64,000 nucleotides of DNA from an uncultured Verrucomicrobiae bacterium (lineage in GTDB: Bacteria; Verrucomicrobiota; Verrucomicrobiia; Limisphaerales; Palsa-1400): assembly GCA_963764165.1 (NCBI GenBank), contig CAVXRD010000002.1, positions 1,728,001-1,792,000 on the forward strand. Reading direction: 5' to 3'. Below, piece after piece: positions 46,348 to 56,996 of this stretch (within the stretch, counting starts at the first letter, position 1; each line of letters starts with the position of its first letter). The position numbers and the translations under genes are program-made. The notes beneath the pieces were generated by a model. The model worked only from the letters and a program-made list of their open reading frames with translations, did not search any database and was not told where the DNA came from.

Positions 46348-49300
46348 ATGACGACCAAGGCCTCCAGCTTGGCTGGGCGATTAGTTCTCTGGCTCCTGTA
46401 TTCTTCCTTGCGTTTCGCACAAGCGCAGCCGGTTATCACCAATCAGCCCGCGAGCCAACTGGCTGCGGTCGGGAGTTCGGTCAGCTTTTCGGTCGGGGTG
46501 ACGGACACCAATCCTGTGACCTACACATGGCAATTGAACGGCACGAATCTGCCGGGCGCGATCCTCACAGTGGCAGGCGGCGGAACGGGCGCGCTGGGCG
46601 ATAACGGCAAAGCCACAAATGCGTTCATCACGAATGCGTATGCCATCGCAGTCGATTCAGCAGGCACCCTTTACATAGCTGATACCGGGAATAACCGCAT
46701 TCGCAAGGTCACGAATGGGATCATTAGCACCATTGCCGGCAACGGCAATCCGTCCTACAGCGGCGACAAAGGCGCGGCCACCAGCGCGGCGCTCAACAAT
46801 CCGTCCGGCGTCGCCGTTGATGGAGCGGGACAGGTCTACATCGCGGACACCAGAAATAATCGAATTCGAAAAATCGATACCAACGGCATTATTACCACGA
46901 TTATCGGCACTGGAACCGCCGGGTATAACGGGGATGGCTTCGCCCCGGCCAGCACCGAGATCAGTTCCCCAATGGGACTCGCATTGGACATTGCCACGAA
47001 CATCTACTTTATCGACCTCGGAAACCAACGGGTCAGAAGGACCTTTGCTGGCTCGGTGTATACGATCGAAGGCACCGGAACTGCCGGAAGCGCTGACACC
47101 GGTTATACGCCGGTTCAACTCCACAATCCCACGGGGGTCGCGGTGGATTTTATGGGTGACGTGATTATTGCCGACTGGCTCAACGGACGTGTGATCGCGA
47201 CCTCCAACAGCATGACAATCGACGTGGCGGGAAAGGGAGGTGGCGGATTTGCCGGTGATGGCGGCCCGGGCCCACAGGCCACGCTCTTGGCAGCTCGCGG
47301 CGTGGCGGTAGATTTTAATCTCAATATTTATATCGCTGATACCGGAAATAATCGGATTCGAATGGTTGGGCCGAATTCGATCATCACCAATAAATCGCCC
47401 ATCGCGCCTACGACCTACAGCACATTTCTGAGCGGAACAATCTCGACATACGCCGGGAATGGTGCGGCGGGGTTTGGCGGAGACGGCTATATCGCCACGG
47501 GAGCCAGTCTCAATTTCCCATACGCCGTTGCCGTCGATTCCAAGGGCGATCTCTTCATCTCGGACATGGGAAATGGCCGCATCCGGGAAGTGCTCCCCTA
47601 CCAACTCAGCCCGACGTTGACCCTCAGCAACCTCACCTTCACCAACGCCGGAAACTACACGGTGGTAGTGAGCGACAGCACAGGCAGTGTCACGAGCAGC
47701 GTGGCTGCCTTGACCGTCGGCCTGCCGCCAGCCATCACATCCACCCCAACAAATCAGTATGTTTTGGCCGGCGGAAGCATCAGCCTTTCGGTCGGTGCGA
47801 CAGGAACGGGGCCGCTTTATTACGAATGGTTCCAAGACGGAACGAATCTGGTGGAAGCCGGCTTGTCCAGCACGCTGACATTGACCAACGCCACCTTGGA
47901 CGAAAGTGGCAGCTATTCGGTTGTTGTGACCAATTCATTTTCGAGCGCCGAGGGATTAGTTTCACTGCTCACCGTAGGGGTGCCGCCCACAATTGTCACC
48001 CAGACAATTAGCAGCCTCGTTTTGCCGGGTAGCAACGCAAATCTCAGCGTTACAGTCAGCGGAACAGGCCCATTTACTTATACATGGCAATTGAACGGGA
48101 CCAACTTGCCCAACAACATCATTGGCACCATTGCGGGGCAAGGAACGAATTTTTATCCAAACGGCGTTCCGTCCACTAATGCCATTATATATTGCACCGG
48201 CTTGTGCAGCGACCTGGCCGGAAACGTCTATTTGGCTGATCAGAATTCGCGTAGTGTCCTAAGGATTGATTCCAGTGGATTGATCTGGAACTTCGCAGGG
48301 AACATAAACTCCCCAAACCCTCCCGGCGGATTCCAAGCCACCAACACGGCGTTTCCGTCCGTGGAGTCAGTCGGAGCGGACCTGTTCGGCAACATATACA
48401 TCGGCGGGCTTGGAAAGCTATGGAAGGTTGCTCCGAACGGAATTGTGAGCACCGTAGCTGGCACAACAAAGGCCGGCTTTAGCGGGGATGGCGGTGCGGC
48501 CTCGTCGGCCCAAGTAAGCCTCATCACGGGTATTGCTTGTGATCCGGTCGGCAACGTCTACATATCCGATGAGACCAATAATAGGGTTCGAATGATCAAT
48601 GCGGCCGGAATCATCAACACGATCCTTGGGGACGGCGGCTCGTTCGGAGCCTTCGGAACGAACAACGCAGGGACAAATTTCGGCATCACCAGCCCTCAAG
48701 GACTCGCGCTGGATTCGATCGGAAATGCCTACGTGGCGACGGAAAACTACGTTATAAAACTCGCCACAAATGGGCTTGCCTCGAGCGCGGCGGGGAACGG
48801 CGGAGTCGGTTTTGCAGGTGATGGAGGTCGCGCGACGAATGCTTTGCTCTTCGTGCCTTTCGGAGTCGCTTTCGATGCAATCGGAAATCTCTATATGAGC
48901 GAGTATATGGGCAGTCGAATTCGCATCGTCGGCACCAATGGCATTATCCAGACAGCCGCAGGCTCCACGAACGGTGTGGCAAACTACTCTGGCGACGGCG
49001 GGCCAGCCACTGCGGCCAGGCTAAGCCAGCCGCGAAGCATTTGCACCGACCCTTTCGGGAATCTGTTTATCGCCGACCAGCAATCCAGATACCTCCGTGA
49101 AATTTTTTACTCCGGTTTGCCAAGTTTGACCATCACTAACGCATCGGCCAGCGCCGCTGGAAATTACACTGTGGTGATTTCAAGCCCGTTCGGAAGCGTG
49201 ACGAGCAGCATTGTCCCGCTTGAATTAGCAGTCGCGCCTTCCATCTCACAGATTACAGTTCAATCGAACGGCTGGCGGACAATCAGTTTTACCGGCACTC

Positions 49301-49467
49301 CGACGGCTCAGCATCAGCTTTTATTTACGACCAATCTCGCTCCGCCCGTGGCGTGGGTGCCGGTCGCGACAAACTCTGCGGATCTAAACGGCAACGGAAC
49401 TTTGACAGACACGAACGCTCCAGAAGATGACGGATTTTATGAAGTCATGCTGCCGATCTCGCCGTAA
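46348..49467 (+). CDS. Secreted Ig-like + NHL-repeat protein
   Basis: Signal peptide; Ig motifs (ITNQPAS...YTWQLNG...AGNYTVVVS); many P.GVAVD..G..YIAD..N.RIR repeats with GDGG.A spacers. Confidence 0.9.
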   Translation: MTTKASSLAGRLVLWLLYSSLRFAQAQPVITNQPASQLAAVGSSVSFSVGVTDTNPVTYTWQLNGTNLPGAILTVAGGGTGALGDNGKATNAFITNAYAIAVDSAGTLYIADTGNNRIRKVTNGIISTIAGNGNPSYSGDKGAATSAALNNPSGVAVDGAGQVYIADTRNNRIRKIDTNGIITTIIGTGTAGYNGDGFAPASTEISSPMGLALDIATNIYFIDLGNQRVRRTFAGSVYTIEGTGTAGSADTGYTPVQLHNPTGVAVDFMGDVIIADWLNGRVIATSNSMTIDVAGKGGGGFAGDGGPGPQATLLAARGVAVDFNLNIYIADTGNNRIRMVGPNSIITNKSPIAPTTYSTFLSGTISTYAGNGAAGFGGDGYIATGASLNFPYAVAVDSKGDLFISDMGNGRIREVLPYQLSPTLTLSNLTFTNAGNYTVVVSDSTGSVTSSVAALTVGLPPAITSTPTNQYVLAGGSISLSVGATGTGPLYYEWFQDGTNLVEAGLSSTLTLTNATLDESGSYSVVVTNSFSSAEGLVSLLTVGVPPTIVTQTISSLVLPGSNANLSVTVSGTGPFTYTWQLNGTNLPNNIIGTIAGQGTNFYPNGVPSTNAIIYCTGLCSDLAGNVYLADQNSRSVLRIDSSGLIWNFAGNINSPNPPGGFQATNTAFPSVESVGADLFGNIYIGGLGKLWKVAPNGIVSTVAGTTKAGFSGDGGAASSAQVSLITGIACDPVGNVYISDETNNRVRMINAAGIINTILGDGGSFGAFGTNNAGTNFGITSPQGLALDSIGNAYVATENYVIKLATNGLASSAAGNGGVGFAGDGGRATNALLFVPFGVAFDAIGNLYMSEYMGSRIRIVGTNGIIQTAAGSTNGVANYSGDGGPATAARLSQPRSICTDPFGNLFIADQQSRYLREIFYSGLPSLTITNASASAAGNYTVVISSPFGSVTSSIVPLELAVAPSISQITVQSNGWRTISFTGTPTAQHQLLFTTNLAPPVAWVPVATNSADLNGNGTLTDTNAPEDDGFYEVMLPISP

Positions 49468-49502
49468 TGCGAAGCACATGCGCCTGTAGAATGCCTCACT
49501 CG

Positions 49503-49523
49503 GGACGCCCCGGCGAGGCGTCC
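49503..49523. repeat. Single REP palindrome, family A
   Basis: ggacgccccggcgaggcgtcc between convergent genes. Confidence 0.75.
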
Positions 49524-49528
49524 AAACC

Positions 49529-51550
<2,022 letters not shown>

Positions 51551-51581
51551 GGGCGGAGACAGACGGGCAAAATTTAATTAT

Positions 51582-51911
51582 TCAGGCAGCTTCACCGATA
51601 TTGAAAACAATACCGTAAGGGTCGCGCACATAGCAACGGGGGACCTCAGGATTCTCTTCCAAAACGACGCAGCCCGCCGCCACCAATTTCTTTTTCGCCG
51701 CCTGCACGCCGGGCACGAGAAATTCAAACACGGGCCCGTGATCTTTCCCCTCCTCTACATACAAACAAAAAGATCCCGTCTCAAAGCCCATCATCGTTTT
51801 GCTTTTCATGGTGACCGGCAGCCCGAGAATGGTCTTATAAAATTTTGCCGCCTCCTTCAAATTGCCTGTCCGGATGATGATATCGCGAGAAGAATGAAAT
51901 TTCCTTTTCAT
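51582..51911 (-). CDS. VOC/glyoxalase family protein
   Basis: AAKFYKTILGL and YVRDPYGIVFNI motifs. Confidence 0.8.
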   Translation of the reverse strand: MKRKFHSSRDIIIRTGNLKEAAKFYKTILGLPVTMKSKTMMGFETGSFCLYVEEGKDHGPVFEFLVPGVQAAKKKLVAAGCVVLEENPEVPRCYVRDPYGIVFNIGEAA

Positions 51912-52071
51912 GGCCAAGGAAATTGCCTCGTCGATTGAAGCAATGCAAAAAATATCGGCAAGGCAGAAGCGCCTCGCCGGGGCGCTCCTGCCTTTCGCCC
52001 AGCGAGAAAAAGCCATCTCAATTTTTTCGTGACAATGGCTGGAAGGTGTTTATATTGCACGGTTCTTAGCC

Positions 52072-52146
52072 GACCCTGTCGTCTAGCGGTTAGGACACTG
52101 CCCTTTCACGGCGGTAGCAGGGGTTCGATTCCCCTCAGGGTCGCCA
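52072..52146 (+). tRNA. tRNA-Glu (anticodon TTC)
   Basis: Acceptor stem GACCCTG/CAGGGTC, anticodon loop CTTTCAC, GGTTCGATT T-loop, encoded CCA. Confidence 0.97.
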
Positions 52147-52215
52147 TGTTTTTCCACTCGCTCGTTCCTGAAAACATCCCTCAAATTTTCCCTGTTTCCA
52201 TGACCGCCCGCTGGG

Positions 52216-52656
52216 TCAGGCTGCGCCAATAATCTCGAAATCCACGTTCACATTCCCGCGCGTTGCGTGAGAATAGGGGCAGATTTTTTCATGCGCTTCG
52301 TTGACCAGGGCGGCGAGGTCGGCTTGGGGAATCGCTGATTCCTCGACCCGCATTTTGACGGCCAGCCCAAATCCCCCGCCTTCGCGCGGGCCAATGCTGA
52401 CAGCGCATGTGACTTTGGCTTTGCTGGCGTTCGTGTGCTTCAATTTCGCAACGTAGTCCAGCGCGCCGCCGAAACAGGCCGCGTAACCCGCCGCAAAGAG
52501 ATGTTCCGGCGTGGCTGTCCCTGGTTTTCCAGGTCCGCCCATTTCCTTCGGAACAGAAAGGTCGGCTTTGACAATGCCGTCGCTGGTTTCAGTGTGCCCG
52601 TTGCGTCCGCCGGCGGCGGTCGCTGTCGCCGTGTAAAGTGGGGTAATCTTGTCCAT
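52216..52656 (-). CDS. ohr: Organic hydroperoxide resistance protein
   Basis: GGRNG, PKEMGG, TPEHLFAAGYAACF and AHEKICPYSHATRGN motifs. Confidence 0.95.
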   Translation of the reverse strand: MDKITPLYTATATAAGGRNGHTETSDGIVKADLSVPKEMGGPGKPGTATPEHLFAAGYAACFGGALDYVAKLKHTNASKAKVTCAVSIGPREGGGFGLAVKMRVEESAIPQADLAALVNEAHEKICPYSHATRGNVNVDFEIIGAA

Positions 52657-52826
52657 GGTTAATTTGTTTCTCCATCAGTAATTCGATTTCCGAAGAAGGG
52701 CAAGTGGCAATCATATACGCGGATCGACGGCAAGACGCGCCGGAAAGCCCGTTTCCTAGGCCTCCCGAATTGAGATTGATCGAGATTGATTTGCATTTTC
52801 GCGGGATGTCTGTCCAAACTTAAAAT

Positions 52827-53633
52827 ATGCACAAAGCTTTCGTAATCTGCCTCACTTTCGCGAGCGCGATCGCTCTCCAATCCCATGCAGAGCCCGTCCT
52901 CGGTTACACAGACACTCCGATGCTTCCGTCCGGCAAGTGGCACGTCCATGATCCGGACCGGCCCAGGCCGCTCGTGGTGAAGCCCGCCGCGACATTCAGC
53001 GATGGCGCAAAAGCGCCAGGCGATGCCATTGTGTTGTTTGACGGCACCGATTTCTCGAAATGGGAAAGCGACAAAGGCGGCGGCGAAGTGCCTTGGTCCA
53101 TCAAGGAAAATTTCATGGAGTGCAAGCCCGACAGCGGCGGCATTCACACGAAGGAAAAATTTGGCGATTTCCAATTGCATGTGGAATTTGCGGAACCGCC
53201 ACCGCAAGGCGACAGCCAGGAGCGCGGGAACAGCGGCGTCTTTTTGCAGGGCGTCTACGAAATTCAGGTTTTGGATTGCTACAATAACCTGACGTATCCA
53301 GACGGCCAATGCGGCGCAATTTACGGCCAGACTCCGCCGCTGGTCAACGCCTGCAAGCCCCCTGGCGAATGGCAGACTTACGATATTATTTTCGAAGCGG
53401 CCCGCTGGAACGAGAACCACGAACTCACCCGCCCGGCGAGTGTGACTGTCATTCAAAACGGAATGGTGATTCACCATCGCCAGCCGATTCTCGGGCCGAC
53501 TGGCCACAAAACCCTGGCTAATTACAAGAAGGAGCTGCCCGAGAAAGGACCCATCGCGCTGCAAGACCACGGAAACCATGTGCGCTTCCGCAACATTTGG
53601 ATCCGCAATATTCAAGACGAAGAAACGCCTTGA
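52827..53633 (+). CDS. Secreted DUF1080 (3-keto-disaccharide hydrolase-like) protein
   Basis: IVLFDG, FGDFQLHVEF, GNSGVFL, YEIQVLD and LQDHGNHVRFRNIWIR motifs. Confidence 0.9.
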   Translation: MHKAFVICLTFASAIALQSHAEPVLGYTDTPMLPSGKWHVHDPDRPRPLVVKPAATFSDGAKAPGDAIVLFDGTDFSKWESDKGGGEVPWSIKENFMECKPDSGGIHTKEKFGDFQLHVEFAEPPPQGDSQERGNSGVFLQGVYEIQVLDCYNNLTYPDGQCGAIYGQTPPLVNACKPPGEWQTYDIIFEAARWNENHELTRPASVTVIQNGMVIHHRQPILGPTGHKTLANYKKELPEKGPIALQDHGNHVRFRNIWIRNIQDEETP

Positions 53634-53647
53634 TTTGAGATCCGCAG

Positions 53648-53682
53648 AAGGCCGGGACGCCTCGCCGCGGCGTCCCGGCCTT
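53648..53682. repeat. Single REP-derived hairpin, family A-like
   Basis: aaggccgggacgcc tcgccgc ggcgtcccggcctt right after the DUF1080 stop; may also act as a terminator. Confidence 0.7.
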
Positions 53683-53784
53683 TGGGAAGAGCGCGGAGCG
53701 CATTAAGCCGTGACAAATGCAGTCGAAATTGGGGAGCGCCGTCGTCTAGATCGACGTCTTCGGCGTCCCGCCGAAGACATCTTA

Positions 53785-54885
53785 TTGATCTCTGCATAAT
53801 ATAGTGACACATTATTGTTTTTATGCTAATTTTTGGGCATGGGAAATCCTAAAGGCGTAAAACGCGATTTGGCGCAGTTTGCACGACTGGAACGGCGGCG
53901 CATGAAAGCCGTCAAACTTTTCGACCGAGGCTTGAGCCAGGCCGAGGTCGCCCGCCAAGTTGGCGTCCACCGGCAATCGGTCAGCCGCTGGCATAAGGCT
54001 TGGCAGGACCATGGCGCGCCCTCTCTCAAAAAGGCTGGGCGAGCCGGGCGCAAGCCCCGCCTGACCGACGAGAACTTCCGCCAGTTGGAACGGGCCCTCA
54101 AACAGGGACCCGAAGCCCATGACTTTGGCACCCAGCTTTGGACCACCCGGCGGGTGGCCGCCGTTATCCAACGGTTGACGGGCGTCCAATACCACGAGGA
54201 CCATGTTTGCCGGCTTCTGCAAAAGCTGGGTTGGAGCTGCCAGCGGCCCACCACCCAGGCTCGGCAGCGCCATGAGCGGGAGATCACCCGCTGGCGCAAA
54301 GTGCGCTGGCCGCAGCTTAAAAAAAAGCCCTCCGCGAGAGGCGAATCGTGGTTTTCATCGACGAGAGCGGATTGAGCCAGAAGCCGCACCGGGTTCGCAC
54401 TTGGGCGCCGCGCGGCCAGACCCCGGTATTGCAGTTCGACTTCAACTGGAAAAAGCTTTCGATCATCGCTGGCGTGACGGTCTGGAACTTTTACTTCCGG
54501 CTTTACCCCGGCACCATCAAAGGCCCGCAGGTGATCGAATTCTTGAAACATCTGCAACGCCACATCCCGGGCAAGCTTCTGGTCATTTGGGACGGTGGCC
54601 CCATCCACCGCAGCCGGCTGGTGCGGGACTATGTGGATCAACTGAAAGGCAAAATCTGGGTGGAACGACTGCCTGCCTATGCGCCCGAACTCAATCCCAC
54701 CGAGTATGTCTGGGGTTACTTCAAGCAGCACGAGTTGCCCAATCTTTGCGCGGCCGACCTGGCGAAGTTGAGTCATTGCGGGCGCAAGGCCCTGAGCCGG
54801 ATGCGGCGCAGACCCAAATTGGTCACTGCCTTCTGGAAGCAAGCCGAGCTTTGGTGATATTGTCACTATATTATACAGAGATCAA
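53785..54885 (+). mobile_element. IS630 family insertion sequence (1101 bp)
   Basis: Terminal inverted repeats 53785-53809 and 54861-54885 (24/25 match), flanked by duplicated TA (53783-84 and 54886-87). Confidence 0.95.
53833..54857 (+). CDS. IS630 transposase in two ORFs joined by a probable -1 frameshift
   Basis: OrfA HTH (SQAEVARQVGVHRQSVSRW, WTTRRV); OrfB DDE (FIDESG, IWDG, LPAYAPELNPTEYVW) in the -1 frame; A8G slippery run at 54319-54327. Confidence 0.92.
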
Positions 54886-55003
54886 TAAGTTTCTGATAAA
54901 TCACCGAAAGGTGGATCCGCATTTTCCGCCAGAGCCAGTCGGCGGGACACCGACTGGAGGCGGCCGAACGGTCGCGCTAGCCTTCTCAACTGCATCGATG
55001 CGG

Positions 55004-55561
55004 CTAAGCCCGCTCCATGTATTTGCCGGTGCGGGTATCTACTTTGATTTTCTCACCCGTCTTGATGAACAACGGGGCTTGAACCGTGATGCCCGTTTCC
55101 AAGGTGATCGGCTTCTGGACGTTGTTGGAAGAATCGCCGCGAATTCCATCCGGAGCATCCGTCACTGTCAAAATCACACTCGAAGGCAATTCGATCGTAA
55201 CGGGTTTCTCGTTGACGTAGGTGATTGTAACCATCGCGTTCTCGACCAAATAGTTCTTGGCATCGCCCACGATTTCGGGTCCAACGGTCGTCGTCTCGAA
55301 CGTTTCCGGGTCGGAAAAAACATAGTCGTCGCCATCTTTGTAGCTGAAGTCCACCTTGCGCGTCATCATTGGGATGACTTCGATTTTTTCGGTGGAACTG
55401 AAGCGGACGTCCGAGGTTTTGCCGGTCTTGATGCTGCGGAGAGAGGCTTGCACGAAGGCGCGCAGGTTGCCGGGCGTCCGGTGCTGGGTGTCCAAGACGA
55501 CTGTGACGTCGCCATTATGAATGATCGCCATCCCTTTGCGTAAATCGTTTGCTGATGCCAT
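55004..55561 (-). CDS. efp: Translation elongation factor P
   Basis: ANDLRKG, YVFSDPETFE, KPITLETG and PLFIKTGEKIKVDTRTGKYMER motifs. Confidence 0.96.
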   Translation of the reverse strand: MASANDLRKGMAIIHNGDVTVVLDTQHRTPGNLRAFVQASLRSIKTGKTSDVRFSSTEKIEVIPMMTRKVDFSYKDGDDYVFSDPETFETTTVGPEIVGDAKNYLVENAMVTITYVNEKPVTIELPSSVILTVTDAPDGIRGDSSNNVQKPITLETGITVQAPLFIKTGEKIKVDTRTGKYMERA

Positions 55562-55652
55562 AAATAAATGTAAATTCGCCTCCGCCGATTGTTCGGACGG
55601 TGGAACGTCGAACATACGTATAAAGCGGTGAAAAGCAAGGAATTTCTAAGCC

Positions 55653-56859
55653 ATGTTATCGCTCGAAGAAGCGCTCGCCAGAATTCTTGACGCAGCCCAC
55701 CCGCTGCCGCCGGAATCGGTGCGGCTGGACTATGCGTTCGGGCGGTTTCTCGCCGCGCCGGTGGTTTCTGGAATCGCGCTTCCACCCGCCGACAACTCCT
55801 CCATGGATGGCTACGCCGTCCGTTCCGACGATTTGAAACTGGCCACGGCTGAGTCGCCCGCAACGCTGCGAATCACCGGCCATGCCCCGGCCGGAGTTCT
55901 TATTGACACCTGTGTGGTGCCGGGAACCTGCGTTCGAAATTTTCACGGGTTCCGTCCTGCCTGCGGGCGCGGATGCGGTGGTGATGCAGGAAGATGTTGT
56001 GGTGGACGCCGGTTCGCCGGAACTCGTGAGCTTCCGAGAGAAAGTCGCGCCTTGGGAGAATGTCCGGTTCCGCGGAGAAGACGTCAAGCAGGGTGACACG
56101 CTGGTTGAAGCGGGGGAAAAATTAACCGAGCCGCGGCTAAGCCTGCTGGCTGCGGCCGGTCATGGCATCGTGACGACGACGCGCCAACCGATCGCCGGTT
56201 TCATCGCCACGGGCAATGAACTGCAGGAGGGCGGAAATCCGCTGGCGCCGGGCGCGATTTACGAAAGCAACCGAATCGGCCTGGCGGCCTTGGCGCGTCG
56301 GGCCGGCGCCATCGCAAAAATCTATCCCATCGTGCGCGACGATTTTGCGGCCACACGCGAAGCGCTGGAACTCGCCTTTTCAGAGTGCGACCTCGTTGTC
56401 AGCACGGGCGGCGTTTCGGTTGGCGATTTGGATTGGGTCAAGCCGGCCTTCGAGGCGATGGCGGGCAAATTGGAATTTTGGAAAGTGGCGATTCGACCGG
56501 GCAAACCGTTTGCGTTCGGCCATTGGCAGGGGAAATTCTTTTTTGGCCTGCCGGGAAATCCGGTTTCGGCGATGGTGACCTTCACGCTGCTGGTTCGCCC
56601 CGCGCTATTGCGGCTTCAAGGCGCGCGGGAAGTGGGTCCGCGCCCGATTCAAGCCGAGCTCGCCGAGCCGCTGAATAATCCCACCGACCGGCGGCACTTC
56701 ATGCGCGTGGCGCTTGACGCCGGGGGCAAGGCTCGGCTGGCGGGCGCCCAGGCTTCGCATATCTTGAGCGGATTGTCCCGGGCGGACGGATTGGTGAGTG
56801 TCAGCCCGAAATCAACGCTGCCGTTTGGAACCATTGTCGACGTGATTCCGTGGAGTTAG
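55653..56859 (+). pseudogene. moeA: Molybdopterin molybdenumtransferase, frameshifted (pseudogene or sequencing error)
   Basis: SSMDGYAV in one frame; IFTGSVLPAGADAVVMQED, TGNEL, TGGVSVGDLD and GLPGNPVS in the next. One extra A at 55937-55939 breaks CVRIFTG. Confidence 0.85.
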
Positions 56860-56996
56860 CCAGCCGTTCCACACTTGATTTTGGATCAATTCGCCAGCTT
56901 CATTGTCGGATTCATTTGCAGGCTTGGCCTTTTTTGTGTCAAAATAACGCGTGGCGTCCAAAAGAATTCCAAGCCCATTCAGAATACAAATTTGAT

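Noticed and set aside
52072..52146. tRNA-Glu as an integration site for an island or prophage
   Set aside because: I saw no duplicated tRNA 3' end and no integrase in the window.
53826..55543. ORFs 53826-54866 (-), 53821-54273 (-) and 54203-55543 (+)
   Set aside because: They are alternative or antisense frames across IS630 and efp, with no independent support.
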